From the NCBI GenBank assembly GCA_038147085.1, contig JAYQSV010000001.1, forward strand, positions 67,447-131,446: a stretch of 64,000 nucleotides of DNA, in the 5' to 3' direction. The notes below the pieces were generated by a model, which saw only the letters and a list, made by a program, of their open reading frames with translations, was not told the DNA's origin and did not search any database. The stretch is from Candidatus Actinomarina sp. (lineage in GTDB: Bacteria > Actinomycetota > Acidimicrobiia > Actinomarinales > Actinomarinaceae). This document shows, in pieces, positions 45,455 through 55,663 of this stretch (position 1 is the first letter of the stretch; each line of letters starts with the position of its first letter). The translations under genes were made by a program, and so were the position numbers.

Positions 45455-46117
45455 TTAGTAACTCCATAAAGGTTCATCTAAATTCCAATTTGTTTCGTTA
45501 CCCCAAGAATTTAGATAAGTAACTTCATTTACAGGAGTTCTTTTTGCAACATCCCATTTACCAAGTGGGTAACCTGCTGTAATTATCGCATTGATTTGCC
45601 AACCTTTATCTGCAGGTATATTAAGAATTTCAAATGCTTTTTCTGAATTAAACATACCAAGTACAGTTGTTAAACAAGTTCCAACGTTGTGTGCTCTTCC
45701 CGCTAACATTAAATTCCAAATTGCTGGATAAATCGATGAACCTGTAGGGTCATTTCTTGATAACACAACAAATAATGCTGGTACTTTATGATAATTTTCT
45801 GCTAACCAAGTAGCTGAGTTACTTATCCTAACAACTTGATCTTGCTTTTCAGAATCTACAACTTGAGAAGCTCCCATATCAGCATTATTGCCGTAGAACT
45901 CTTTAATGTAATAACTCCATGCGTCTCTGTATGCATCACCTAATTGATTTTTAATTGTTTCATCTGTAACAACAATAAATTTCCAACCTTGTCTATTTGA
46001 ACCACTTGGAGCACGAATTGCTGCATCGACCATTTGTTGTATAATTTCTTCAGGTATTTTTTCTTCACTAACTCGTCTCATCGCTCGAGTAGTGTATAGA
46101 GCTTCAAATACATCCAT
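45455..46117 (-). CDS. Nitroreductase-family oxidoreductase
   Basis: 220 aa. The N-terminus TTRAMRRVSEEKIPEEII...APSGSNRQGWKFIVV is typical of nitroreductases. Confidence 0.75.
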   Translation of the reverse strand: MDVFEALYTTRAMRRVSEEKIPEEIIQQMVDAAIRAPSGSNRQGWKFIVVTDETIKNQLGDAYRDAWSYYIKEFYGNNADMGASQVVDSEKQDQVVRISNSATWLAENYHKVPALFVVLSRNDPTGSSIYPAIWNLMLAGRAHNVGTCLTTVLGMFNSEKAFEILNIPADKGWQINAIITAGYPLGKWDVAKRTPVNEVTYLNSWGNETNWNLDEPLWSY

Positions 46118-46143
46118 CTAACAATCTTACTAATATAGATAAG

Positions 46144-46953
46144 ATGGATGAGAAATTAATTAAAGAAATTAAAAATCGAGTTGGCTACATCTGGATTAAT
46201 AGACCTGATAAAAAAAACGCCTTAGATCTTGATATTTGGTTTGGTCTCCCAAAGGCTATTAAAGAATTTAATGAATCAGAAGAAGTAAATTGTATAGTTA
46301 TAGCTGGAAAAGGAGATTCTTTTTCTTCTGGTATAGATATAACAACCTTTATGACAAATTTTGAGATAAATGAAGATTTAACATCCAACACTAAAGAGAG
46401 AAAAAAACTAATGGACTCTATTAAAAAAATGCAAGATGCATTTACAGAATTTTCTAAAAGTGAAGTTCCTGTTATTGCGTTAGCACATGGGTATTGTTTA
46501 GGTGGGGCAACAAATCTTATTTCAGCATGTGATATTCGCCTCTCAACAAAAGATGCAAAATTCTCAATAGGAGAGTCAAAACTGGGACTTGTTGCAGATG
46601 TTGGAATCCTACAACGAATGCCAAAGATAGTGTCAAAAGGTGATGTTAGAGAGCTAGCATTTACTGGAAAAATATTTGATGGAATACACGCAGAAAAGAT
46701 TAGATTTGTTAATTCAACTTACGACAGCAAAGAAGATCTTTTTGAAGCAGGAAAACTCTTAGCTGAAGAAATTTCTCAAAACTCGACAAGTGTTATTAGA
46801 GGTGTTAAGCAAGTATTAGATAAAGGTGAAGACTTAACAACAGAACAAGCACTAGAGTTTGTCAGATTATGGAATACTAGTTTTTTAATTTCTGACGACT
46901 TGAAAGAAGGCGTTTTAGCGTTTTTAGAAAAAAGAGACCCTAAATTTAATTAA
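46144..46953 (+). CDS. Enoyl-CoA hydratase/isomerase (crotonase) family protein
   Basis: 269 aa with INRPDKKNAL, GKGDSFSSGIDI and GYCLGGATNL motifs. Confidence 0.85.
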   Translation: MDEKLIKEIKNRVGYIWINRPDKKNALDLDIWFGLPKAIKEFNESEEVNCIVIAGKGDSFSSGIDITTFMTNFEINEDLTSNTKERKKLMDSIKKMQDAFTEFSKSEVPVIALAHGYCLGGATNLISACDIRLSTKDAKFSIGESKLGLVADVGILQRMPKIVSKGDVRELAFTGKIFDGIHAEKIRFVNSTYDSKEDLFEAGKLLAEEISQNSTSVIRGVKQVLDKGEDLTTEQALEFVRLWNTSFLISDDLKEGVLAFLEKRDPKFN

Positions 46954-47926
46954 GTTTTTCATATGTTGCAATTGCATAACGATCTGTCATACCTGCAACA
47001 TAATCTACAGCATTCTGTATATCAGTTTGGTCTTGAATATAAAAATCAGGTAAATCCTGCGGACGTTTTGTAAAGTAATTAACTAAAAATTCAACAATTT
47101 TTTTTGCATCAGTTCTTTGTTCCATTGTTTCTTCTCTGAGGTAAACATTGTTAAACATGAACTCTCTTAATCGATTCATAGTATCTAGAATTTCAGCATC
47201 CATTGCGATTTCAGAATTGTTTGAACCTTTAAACACTCCTGAAATGAGTGTATTAATCCAATTTTTACCTGGCTCACCAAGAACATTAGTAATATCTTTT
47301 GGAATGTCTGATTCTTTTAAAACACCAGCTCTAACTGCATCTTCAACATCATGAGAGAGATAAGCAATTCTGTCTGCAAATCTACAAACCATACCCTCTG
47401 GTGTTTTCGGAGGTTCGGTATATTTCCAAGGATGTTTCTCAATCCCATTTAGAGTTTCTAAAGTTAAATTTTTAGGTTCTATATGTTTAAAAATTTTTAC
47501 AGAGTTTTCTGAGTGACTCCACCCATTGTCTAGCATCTCATTTAAGACGTCTTCACCGGTATGTCCAAATGGCGAGTGTCCAACATCATGTCCAAGGCAA
47601 ATTGCTTCTGTTAAGTCAGGATTTAATCCAAGTGCTTTTGCAATTGACCTACCAATTTGAGTTACTTGTAGAGTATGAGTCATTCTAGTAATAAAATGAT
47701 CACCATCTGGATTTATAAATACCTGAGTTTTATGCTTCAGTCTTCTAAAAGCTTTAGAATGAAGAATTCTATCTCTATCTCGTTCAAATTCGGTTCTAAA
47801 TATATCTTTTTCCTCAAGATTTAATCTACCTTTTGATGAATCGGCAAAAGTTGCTAAAGAAGAGAGTGTAACTCTTTCATTTTGTTCTCTCCATATCCTG
47901 TCTCTTAACACGAAGGAATCATTCAT
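46946..47926 (-). CDS. dgt: dGTPase-like HD-domain triphosphohydrolase (short form)
   Basis: 326 aa with FERDRDRILHSKAFRRLKHKTQVF, THTLQV and LGHDVGHSPFGH motifs. Confidence 0.85.
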   Translation of the reverse strand: MNDSFVLRDRIWREQNERVTLSSLATFADSSKGRLNLEEKDIFRTEFERDRDRILHSKAFRRLKHKTQVFINPDGDHFITRMTHTLQVTQIGRSIAKALGLNPDLTEAICLGHDVGHSPFGHTGEDVLNEMLDNGWSHSENSVKIFKHIEPKNLTLETLNGIEKHPWKYTEPPKTPEGMVCRFADRIAYLSHDVEDAVRAGVLKESDIPKDITNVLGEPGKNWINTLISGVFKGSNNSEIAMDAEILDTMNRLREFMFNNVYLREETMEQRTDAKKIVEFLVNYFTKRPQDLPDFYIQDQTDIQNAVDYVAGMTDRYAIATYEKLN

Positions 47927-47941
47927 AGACTAACTTTACAG

Positions 47942-48514
47942 TTATTGAGATTCTAGTAAAGAAGTTAAATCTTTCCATTTGTATAAATCTACAACTCCCT
48001 CAAGTGGTCGGTTGTAATGTCTAACAAATCTAATAATTAATTTATTGCGTGTTTTTTTTGTAAAATTTTTAAGTTGATGTGGTGCATCATCAATATAGAC
48101 ATCACAGTCAACCTTCCATTTTTCCTCAGTAAAGTGAATTTCCTTAGTTGGAATTTTATTTTCACCTAACCAAATTAATGTGTCATTTATAGACCACCAA
48201 GGCTTAGAGGATATAATTATAATTTCGTGACCAAGATGTACCTGTTCTAAAAGTGTCACAACAGCATCTTCATATAATGGAAGATTTCTAAAAATAGAAT
48301 TACCATTTATGTCTTTAGCCCAATTCCAAAAGTCTATTTCTTTCTTGAAGTGAGTAAGTGGGCTTGCTAATCCCCATTCTGTTATATCAGATTCTTCTAT
48401 TCTTTTTCCGAAATCTTTAAAATATTGAGTTGTCCAACCTGTAGTAAAGTCAGCAACAACACCATCTAAGTCAACACCTATTCTCACTTGACTTAGTTTA
48501 ATTGTATAGTGCAA
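47942..48514 (-). CDS. HAD-superfamily 5'(3')-deoxyribonucleotidase-like protein
   Basis: 190 aa with IGVDLDGVVADF (DxDxV/T motif) and a C-terminal YIDD. Confidence 0.6.
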   Translation of the reverse strand: MHYTIKLSQVRIGVDLDGVVADFTTGWTTQYFKDFGKRIEESDITEWGLASPLTHFKKEIDFWNWAKDINGNSIFRNLPLYEDAVVTLLEQVHLGHEIIIISSKPWWSINDTLIWLGENKIPTKEIHFTEEKWKVDCDVYIDDAPHQLKNFTKKTRNKLIIRFVRHYNRPLEGVVDLYKWKDLTSLLESQ

Positions 48515-48546
48515 TATAGAAAGGTAACATATTAAACTTTACTACT

Positions 48547-50076
48547 ATGCAAGAAGCTTTATACAGAAAATATAGACCAACTAAACTTGATGGCCTTATT
48601 GGTCAAGATGATGCTGTAAAGTTAGTAAAACAACAAATTGAGAAAAATAATTTAAGTCATGCTTATTTATTTTCAGGTCCCCGGGGTGTTGGAAAAACGT
48701 CATTAGCAAGAATTATTGCTATTGAGTTAGGCTGTGATCCGACTTTTGATATTTCTGAAATAGATGCTGCATCTCATAACAAAGTTGATGATATTCGTGA
48801 ACTGAATGAAAATATAAATTTTATTGCAAGCAGTCCTGGAAAAAAACGAGTAATTATATTAGATGAAGTTCATATGCTTTCTAATGCTGCATCCAATGCT
48901 TTTCTAAAAACCCTTGAAGAGCCACCTGAACATGTAATTTTTATTCTTGCAACAACGGAGCCTGAAAGAGTTATTGATACAATCAAAAGTAGAACGACAC
49001 ATGTCGTTTTTAAAAAAATAGAAAACAAAGAAATTACCAATACACTTTCAAATATTGCCAAAAAAGAAAGCATATCCCTACAAAAAGAGGTAATTGAATT
49101 AATTTCAAACAATAGTGATGGTTCTCTTCGAGATGCAATAAATTTATTTGAACAAACTTTTTCTACGTTTGGGCCAAAAGCAACAACGGAGGATGTTTAC
49201 AGCATTCTTGGCAAGGTTTCCACAGAAAATTTACTAGATATAGTAAATTCTATGTTTGAGCAAGACACTTCAAAAGCTTTAAATGTTTTAAAGGAAAATT
49301 ATAAAAAAGGTTTACAACCAAAAGATATACTTGCATCAATAACAAACTTATTCAGAAACATTTTTTACGTTAAGTATCTTCCTAATGACGAAAATATTTT
49401 TAATTTAACCCAAAATGAGTTGAAGTTAGTAAATCAATTAAATGAAAGCGTAACTGCAAAGCAATTGGCAAGAATACTTGACCTGTTAGACGATATCAAT
49501 CAAAATATAAAAAATGCTCCTTCGCAAGAATTAAAACTCGAATTATTTGTAGTCAAACTTATCAAGCCTGAGTTTGCATTTGATATTAAGTCTCTTTCAA
49601 GAAGAGTTGACTTGCTTGAAGATGGGCAACCAATTGTAGAAATAAATAAACCATTAATTGAAAAAACAAATAATGAAGAAGATATCAAACCTAAAACCAA
49701 GGAAAAAAAATCTGATAAGAAGGAAGTAAAAAGTAAAAATAGTATTGAAAATTTTGATGTGATTTGGCCAATCATATTAAAAAATGCAAAAAATCATTTA
49801 ACTCCAAGAAAATATTCTTACCTAACATTGGTCAAACCTGAGATCGAAAATAAAGAGCTAATTTTTCTAATAGATGAAAGTAACGAGTTTTTAATCGCAG
49901 AACTTAATAAATCTCAAGACATCAAAGAGTTTGTTGAAGTTGAAATAGAAAAGCACCTTGGTTTAAATGTAAAAATTCAAATTAAAGCACAGGAAGGTTT
50001 ATTAAAGGAGACCAAGGAACGAAGTAACTTTCAAGAAAATTTAGAAGATATTTTTGGAATTGAAAATATAGATTAA
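48547..50076 (+). CDS. dnaX: DNA polymerase III subunit gamma/tau
   Basis: 509 aa with YRKYRP, GPRGVGKTS, ILDEVHMLS and the SRT sensor motif SRTTHV. Confidence 0.92.
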   Translation: MQEALYRKYRPTKLDGLIGQDDAVKLVKQQIEKNNLSHAYLFSGPRGVGKTSLARIIAIELGCDPTFDISEIDAASHNKVDDIRELNENINFIASSPGKKRVIILDEVHMLSNAASNAFLKTLEEPPEHVIFILATTEPERVIDTIKSRTTHVVFKKIENKEITNTLSNIAKKESISLQKEVIELISNNSDGSLRDAINLFEQTFSTFGPKATTEDVYSILGKVSTENLLDIVNSMFEQDTSKALNVLKENYKKGLQPKDILASITNLFRNIFYVKYLPNDENIFNLTQNELKLVNQLNESVTAKQLARILDLLDDINQNIKNAPSQELKLELFVVKLIKPEFAFDIKSLSRRVDLLEDGQPIVEINKPLIEKTNNEEDIKPKTKEKKSDKKEVKSKNSIENFDVIWPIILKNAKNHLTPRKYSYLTLVKPEIENKELIFLIDESNEFLIAELNKSQDIKEFVEVEIEKHLGLNVKIQIKAQEGLLKETKERSNFQENLEDIFGIENID

Positions 50077-50414
50077 GCGTCTTTAAGATTTAGCTCACTT
50101 AAGGCAACTGTAATTCTTCTAGAACCTTGATTTTGAGCACTTTTACACAATTCAATAAAACTTCTTAGTTCCCCTGTTCTAAATTTTTTTAATTCATCAG
50201 AAGTGTCAATTTTTGAGGCTCTCTCTCTTTCTAACAATTTAATTTCAATTTCCTTAGCTCTTGCTAAGTAAGTGCTACTTACTTCAAACAAAGTATCTAC
50301 ACCATCTGCTATTGGAGGATTAATATGACCCATTAAAACATCAATATATTCACTAAATTCAATATGAAGTTCTTCAGCGCTCGACAAACCTTTTTTAACT
50401 GGAAACTTTTGCAT
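50073..50414 (-). CDS. Hypothetical protein
   Basis: 113-aa ORF that abuts murJ. I do not recognise a family. Confidence 0.4.
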   Translation of the reverse strand: MQKFPVKKGLSSAEELHIEFSEYIDVLMGHINPPIADGVDTLFEVSSTYLARAKEIEIKLLERERASKIDTSDELKKFRTGELRSFIELCKSAQNQGSRRITVALSELNLKDA

Positions 50415-51895
50415 TATTCTCTACCTGTAAGATTAATATATTTAAATTTTAGTAACTTAAGTAGGACAAAAACTACAAAGCTAATTGCTATTAGAGATAC
50501 GAAAAGTGAAAAAATACTATTGCTTATATTTATAGTTTGGACAGCAAAATATGAAACAGATAATATTAATGCTGTCTTAATAAAATCAACTATCAATCCT
50601 TTATCCAATAATTTCTCACCATCAATAGTTAATTTCAAAAGAAGAATAATTGAATATGCATAAAGAGAAAGAACAATAATTAATGCAAAATCTAAACTAG
50701 ATGGATTCTTAATTTGGGTCATGTACAAAATAGTAATTAAAGTAACCGAAGTTCCACTTACAACTGGAAACCAAAAGTTTTCTTGAACATAAAAAGTTCT
50801 CGAAAGTATCTGATTAATTGACCATGGTAAAATTGCAAAACAAATAATAAAGAATATTGAACTTACAATTCCAGATTCTATCGAAGTAAAGCTACCTCTC
50901 TGATACACGAGTTTAATGATTGATTTCGAATTAACTAATCCAAATATCATTAGTACACCGTTTAGGATTACAAGATAACTAAGTTGTTTTCTGACTAAAA
51001 TTTTTAACTCTTCAAATTTTTTATGATTAAATAATTGAGATAAAAATGGGTAGCTAGCAACCCCTATTGCTTGTGCAACAATTCCAACAGGTAGTAATGC
51101 TATTCTTCTTGCATACCTGAAGGATGCAATACTTCCAGTTTCTAATAATGAACCAAAATACCTGAACAACTGCTCATCCATCACTGCTATAGATTGCCCA
51201 ACAATTAGAGGGAGAGAAATAAATAGATATTCTTTCAAATACTTAAAGTTTGGAATAAGCAATTTAAACAATAAACCTGATTTATAAACACCAAATATCT
51301 GAAATATTAAATGACCTAATATTGAACCGACAAGTGTACCTATTGCAAAACCTTTAACTGTTTCTTCTGGAGAAGTAGAGTTAATCCAACCAAAAAATAT
51401 TATTGAGCAGTTATATATTACAGGGGCAAGTGCTGGAAAAATAAAGCTTTCTTTAAAATATTGAAAAGCCATCAAAATAGCTCCAATAAAAAAGAAAAGC
51501 TGGCTGAAAACTATTGGAGTAAGGATTTCTATAAAAAAATCTAAATTTTTAACATTTAGAAAATCTGCTATCTCGTACCTTAAAAAGTATGTGACAGACG
51601 TTAACAATATAAAAATGAAAGTAAGCCCATAAAGCAATGACAGGAAATAATCGTTAATTTTATCTTCCCTCTGCTTATTCAAAAGTGGAATTAACGTAAT
51701 AGCTAAATATCCTCCTGCAGACAAATAAAAAAGAAAGTCAGGAATTACAAATGCTAAATCTAAAATATCTGTTGCTTCTGATAATCCAGTCCAATTTGCA
51801 AGCATGATTTCTCTATAAAAACCAAGAATTCTGCTCATTAAGTATGAAACAGTAACAATAGATATTGATCCAATTATTTTTTTATAATTTTGCAT
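50414..51895 (-). CDS. murJ: Lipid II flippase MurJ (MviN)
   Basis: 493 aa with about 14 TM helices. The N-terminal SRILGFYREIMLANWTG is typical of MurJ. Confidence 0.85.
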   Translation of the reverse strand: MQNYKKIIGSISIVTVSYLMSRILGFYREIMLANWTGLSEATDILDLAFVIPDFLFYLSAGGYLAITLIPLLNKQREDKINDYFLSLLYGLTFIFILLTSVTYFLRYEIADFLNVKNLDFFIEILTPIVFSQLFFFIGAILMAFQYFKESFIFPALAPVIYNCSIIFFGWINSTSPEETVKGFAIGTLVGSILGHLIFQIFGVYKSGLLFKLLIPNFKYLKEYLFISLPLIVGQSIAVMDEQLFRYFGSLLETGSIASFRYARRIALLPVGIVAQAIGVASYPFLSQLFNHKKFEELKILVRKQLSYLVILNGVLMIFGLVNSKSIIKLVYQRGSFTSIESGIVSSIFFIICFAILPWSINQILSRTFYVQENFWFPVVSGTSVTLITILYMTQIKNPSSLDFALIIVLSLYAYSIILLLKLTIDGEKLLDKGLIVDFIKTALILSVSYFAVQTINISNSIFSLFVSLIAISFVVFVLLKLLKFKYINLTGRE

Positions 51896-52760
51896 ATTGC
51901 TCTTCCAATTTTGATAGTACTTCTTTAGGTATTTTTAATGGATTATTTTCATATCCTATACCAAGGTAGTTATTAGGTTTTATTGAACCATGAAAATCAC
52001 TACCACCAGAAACTAGAAAATTATTTTCATTTGCAATTTTTAACAACTTATCAATAGTTGCGTGATTATATCCTGGATAATATGCTTCAATTCCATTGAG
52101 TCCAAGTTTTTTTAAATCTAATAATAAATCTTTAAACTTATGATTAATCCAACTTTCATTCTTACTAAAAGATTCATTGCTCATAAGAGTGTGTGGGTGA
52201 GCTAAAAATGTTAAAACTTTAGTGCTTTTACAAAGTTCAAAGAGTGTATTTATTGAAACTTGATGTGTGCTTACATATGAAGACTTACCGTTACCTAAAT
52301 AGTTTAAAAAAGCTTCATTTACGCTATCAACATATCCTTGTTCAACCATAGCTTTAGCAATGTGAGGTCTACCAGGGACTTTAGTTTTTAAATTTATAAA
52401 TTTTGATTTATCAATAAAAATATTTTGTTTTTCAAGTAGTTCAATAATTTCTAAATTTCTTAAAATTTTCTGTTCTCTAATCTCTTTCAATTCCAAGTTA
52501 AGTTCAGAATTTTCATTTAAAAAGTAAATAAGCAAATGAATGCCAGCAAATTTATTTTCAGTTTCTAGTTTTTTCCAACTAGCACTTACTTCCACACCTG
52601 AAATAATTTTAATTCCAGAGTCTTTAGGAACTTTTGATAGATACTCATGATCAGTAATCGAGATTGCTTCTAATTGTAAGTTTTTACTTTGTTCTACAAT
52701 ATCTCTAATTGACTCTGTGCCGTCCGAGTTTTCTGAATGAATGTGTAAATCAATACTCAC
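51882..52760 (-). CDS. PHP-domain phosphoesterase (TrpH/YciV-like)
   Basis: 292 aa with IDLHIHSENSDG, ITDHE, LAHP and GGSDFHG motifs. Confidence 0.8.
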   Translation of the reverse strand: MSIDLHIHSENSDGTESIRDIVEQSKNLQLEAISITDHEYLSKVPKDSGIKIISGVEVSASWKKLETENKFAGIHLLIYFLNENSELNLELKEIREQKILRNLEIIELLEKQNIFIDKSKFINLKTKVPGRPHIAKAMVEQGYVDSVNEAFLNYLGNGKSSYVSTHQVSINTLFELCKSTKVLTFLAHPHTLMSNESFSKNESWINHKFKDLLLDLKKLGLNGIEAYYPGYNHATIDKLLKIANENNFLVSGGSDFHGSIKPNNYLGIGYENNPLKIPKEVLSKLEEQYAKL

Positions 52761-52807
52761 TAAATCTAGAGTACTAGCCTCTTTTCTTCTGTAATTAATT
52801 AATTAGA

Positions 52808-54022
52808 ATGTTTCCAATGAGTTTAATTGTACAAAAATTTGGCGGAACTAGTGTCGCAAATACTGAGTCATTACAGATTGTTGCACAAAGAATTATTGAA
52901 TGTAAAAATAATGGGAACGATGTAGTCGTTGTTCCATCTGCTATGGGCTCCAGTACAGATGAGTTAATATCTCTAGCTCATGAGCTTTCAACAAAGCCAT
53001 CACCAAGAGAAATGGATATGTTACTTTCGGCAGGAGAGAGAATTACAATGTCACTTCTCTCAATACATTTAAACAGTCTAGGGTACAAATCAATTTCACT
53101 TACAGGTTCTCAGGCAGGAATAATTACAAGTTCTAGACACGGCAAAGCTGAAATTGAAGAAATTACTGGTGAAAGAGTAAGAGAGGGTTTAAGTTTAGGA
53201 AATATTGTTATCGTAGCTGGATTTCAAGGGTTTAACAGAGATACAAGAGAAATTACAACTTTAGGAAGAGGTGGCTCAGATGCGACTGCTGTAGCATTAG
53301 CAGCTGCATTAGGTGCTGAAAGGTGCGAGATTTTTACAGATGTTGACGGTGTTTTTACAGCAGATCCAAGAGTGGTAAATGATGCAAAGTTAATTGATGA
53401 AATTACTTATGAGGAGATGTTAGAAATGGCATCAACTGGAGCCGGAGTGTTAATGGCTAGGTCTGTAGAATTTGGTAGAAGGTATAATATACCAATAATC
53501 GTAAAATCTACTTTTACGAATAATAAAGGTACTTTAGTTAAAGAGAAAACAATGGAAGAAGCAATTGTAAGTGGCGTAACACACAATGATAAGGAAATAA
53601 AATTTACTTTATATGGAGTACCTGATCAACCAGGTATAGCAGGTAAATTTTTTGGAGCACTTTCTGAAAGCGGAATAAATGTAGATATGATTGTTCAAAA
53701 TGTTTCAAAGAAATCCATAACAGATATATCTTTTACTGCACCAGTAGATCAAAAAGCTGATGTTGAAGAAATTTTAATTAAAGCTTCAAAAGATCTTAAT
53801 GCTGATGGTTATGACATTGATGAAAACGTTGCCAGAGTTTCAATCATTGGAGCAGGTATGAAATCGGAGTCCGGTGTTGCTTCAAGAATGTTTAACACTT
53901 TAGGTAGCAACTCAATTAATATTTCAATGATATCCACTTCTCCTATTAGAGTTTCTTGTGTGATAAATAGAAAAGACACTAAAAAAGCACTAGAGTCTTT
54001 GCACAAAGAATTTATAACCTGA
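52808..54022 (+). CDS. lysC: Aspartate kinase
   Basis: 404 aa with VQKFGGTSV, GRGGSD and two C-terminal ACT domains. Confidence 0.93.
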   Translation: MFPMSLIVQKFGGTSVANTESLQIVAQRIIECKNNGNDVVVVPSAMGSSTDELISLAHELSTKPSPREMDMLLSAGERITMSLLSIHLNSLGYKSISLTGSQAGIITSSRHGKAEIEEITGERVREGLSLGNIVIVAGFQGFNRDTREITTLGRGGSDATAVALAAALGAERCEIFTDVDGVFTADPRVVNDAKLIDEITYEEMLEMASTGAGVLMARSVEFGRRYNIPIIVKSTFTNNKGTLVKEKTMEEAIVSGVTHNDKEIKFTLYGVPDQPGIAGKFFGALSESGINVDMIVQNVSKKSITDISFTAPVDQKADVEEILIKASKDLNADGYDIDENVARVSIIGAGMKSESGVASRMFNTLGSNSINISMISTSPIRVSCVINRKDTKKALESLHKEFIT

Positions 54023-54023
54023 C

Positions 54024-55010
54024 ATGAAAATTGCAATTGTTGGTGCAACTGGTTTAGTTGGACAAAATATTATTAAGTTATGTAAACAGTTTTTTAGTAA
54101 CGATGTTGAATATACTTTTTTCGCTTCTGCAAATTCAGTTGGAAAAATAATAAATATTAATAACACTGATGTAAAAGTACTAGAACTTAAATTAGAAAAT
54201 ATTCAAAGTTATGATATTGCATTATTTTCTGCAGGTGGAGATCGATCTAAACAGTTTGCTAATGAATTTGTTGAAAAAGGATCTTTTGTAGTTGATAATT
54301 CTTCAGCATTTAGAATGGATTCAAATGTTCCACTCGTTGTTTATGGTATAAATCAAAATATTATATCTACGGACAAAAAGTTAATTTCAAACCCAAACTG
54401 TACAACTATGGGACTAGTAATGGCCCTTAAGCCATTACATGATCAGTACAATCTTAAAGCAATAACACCTGTTGCATTTCAAGCAGTTTCAGGTTCTGGG
54501 ACTGCTGGTATTAATTCTCTAGCAAAAGAAATTGAAATGGGTGATAATTTAAAACCTGATTTCAGAGATGGATATTATTCGAATCCAATTGCAAAAAATG
54601 TTATTCCTCTAGCTGGAAACCTTCTAGACAATGGGTATTCAGATGAAGAAATGAAATTTTGCAATGAATCTAGAAAAATATTAAATATTGAAAACTTAAT
54701 AGTAGAACCTTCAAATGCAAGAGTTGGAGTAAGAACTGGACACGGAACTTTTTGTTCTGCCTTATTTGAAAATTCTATCGACGTTGAAGATGCAATAAGT
54801 GTTTTAAAAAACTTTGATGGAGTTGAGTACTGGGATGAAACACTTCCAACACCATTAGATGTAGAAGGTAGACATGAAGTTTTAGTATCACGTTTAAGAA
54901 AAGGACTTTCTAGTGATAAGATCATAAATTTTTGGGTTGTATCTGATAATTTATTAAAAGGAGCAGCATTAAATGCTGTTCAGATAGCTAAATACATTTC
55001 AGAACTATGA
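54024..55010 (+). CDS. asd: Aspartate-semialdehyde dehydrogenase
   Basis: 328 aa with IAIVGATGLVGQ and the active-site region SNPNCTT. Follows lysC. Confidence 0.92.
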   Translation: MKIAIVGATGLVGQNIIKLCKQFFSNDVEYTFFASANSVGKIININNTDVKVLELKLENIQSYDIALFSAGGDRSKQFANEFVEKGSFVVDNSSAFRMDSNVPLVVYGINQNIISTDKKLISNPNCTTMGLVMALKPLHDQYNLKAITPVAFQAVSGSGTAGINSLAKEIEMGDNLKPDFRDGYYSNPIAKNVIPLAGNLLDNGYSDEEMKFCNESRKILNIENLIVEPSNARVGVRTGHGTFCSALFENSIDVEDAISVLKNFDGVEYWDETLPTPLDVEGRHEVLVSRLRKGLSSDKIINFWVVSDNLLKGAALNAVQIAKYISEL

Positions 55011-55663
55011 TTACAATTCCTGAAAATATTGCTCAGAAAAAAAGAAGAGTTCTTGGTCCTATTGGAAGATATTTAATCAAATTATTCAAATGGGATGTTA
55101 AAGGTGAAATACCGAATTTAAAAAAAATAATATTAATCGGTGTGCCACATACAGCTATGAGAGATGCTTGGTATGGACTACTTGCTGTGCTTGCTTTGGA
55201 TTTAAAAATTAGTTTTTTTGGTGCAGCATGGATATTCACACGATTGCCTAGTTTATTTACCATATCAAAAAATTTAGATAGGCAAGGAATTCCATGGCCG
55301 CTTTGGTGGTTGCAAAAATATATATTACAAAAACTTGGTGGAATTCCTGTATATAGGGTAAATTCTAAAGGCTTGATACATGCAGCAGTTGAAGAGTTTA
55401 CAAACAAAGAGAACTATATATTAGTAATTGCCCCAGAAGGGGGAGTAGAAGCTGTAGAACAATTTAGGAGTGGTTTTTATTATTTAGCAAAAGGTTTAGA
55501 TATACCTTATGTTCCGGTAGATATTGATTTTGGCAACAGATGTTTCAATATTAAAGAACCGCAATTTGTTTCAGGTTCTTTTGAAGATGAGTCAAAAAAG
55601 ATTATAGAGATATTTGATGGTGTTAAAGGAGCTACTAGAACTTTTACAATGTTAGAAAGATAG
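55007..55663 (+). CDS. PlsC-family acyltransferase
   Basis: 218 aa with the HX4D motif PHTAMRDAW and the APEGG motif. Confidence 0.65.
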   Translation: MITIPENIAQKKRRVLGPIGRYLIKLFKWDVKGEIPNLKKIILIGVPHTAMRDAWYGLLAVLALDLKISFFGAAWIFTRLPSLFTISKNLDRQGIPWPLWWLQKYILQKLGGIPVYRVNSKGLIHAAVEEFTNKENYILVIAPEGGVEAVEQFRSGFYYLAKGLDIPYVPVDIDFGNRCFNIKEPQFVSGSFEDESKKIIEIFDGVKGATRTFTMLER

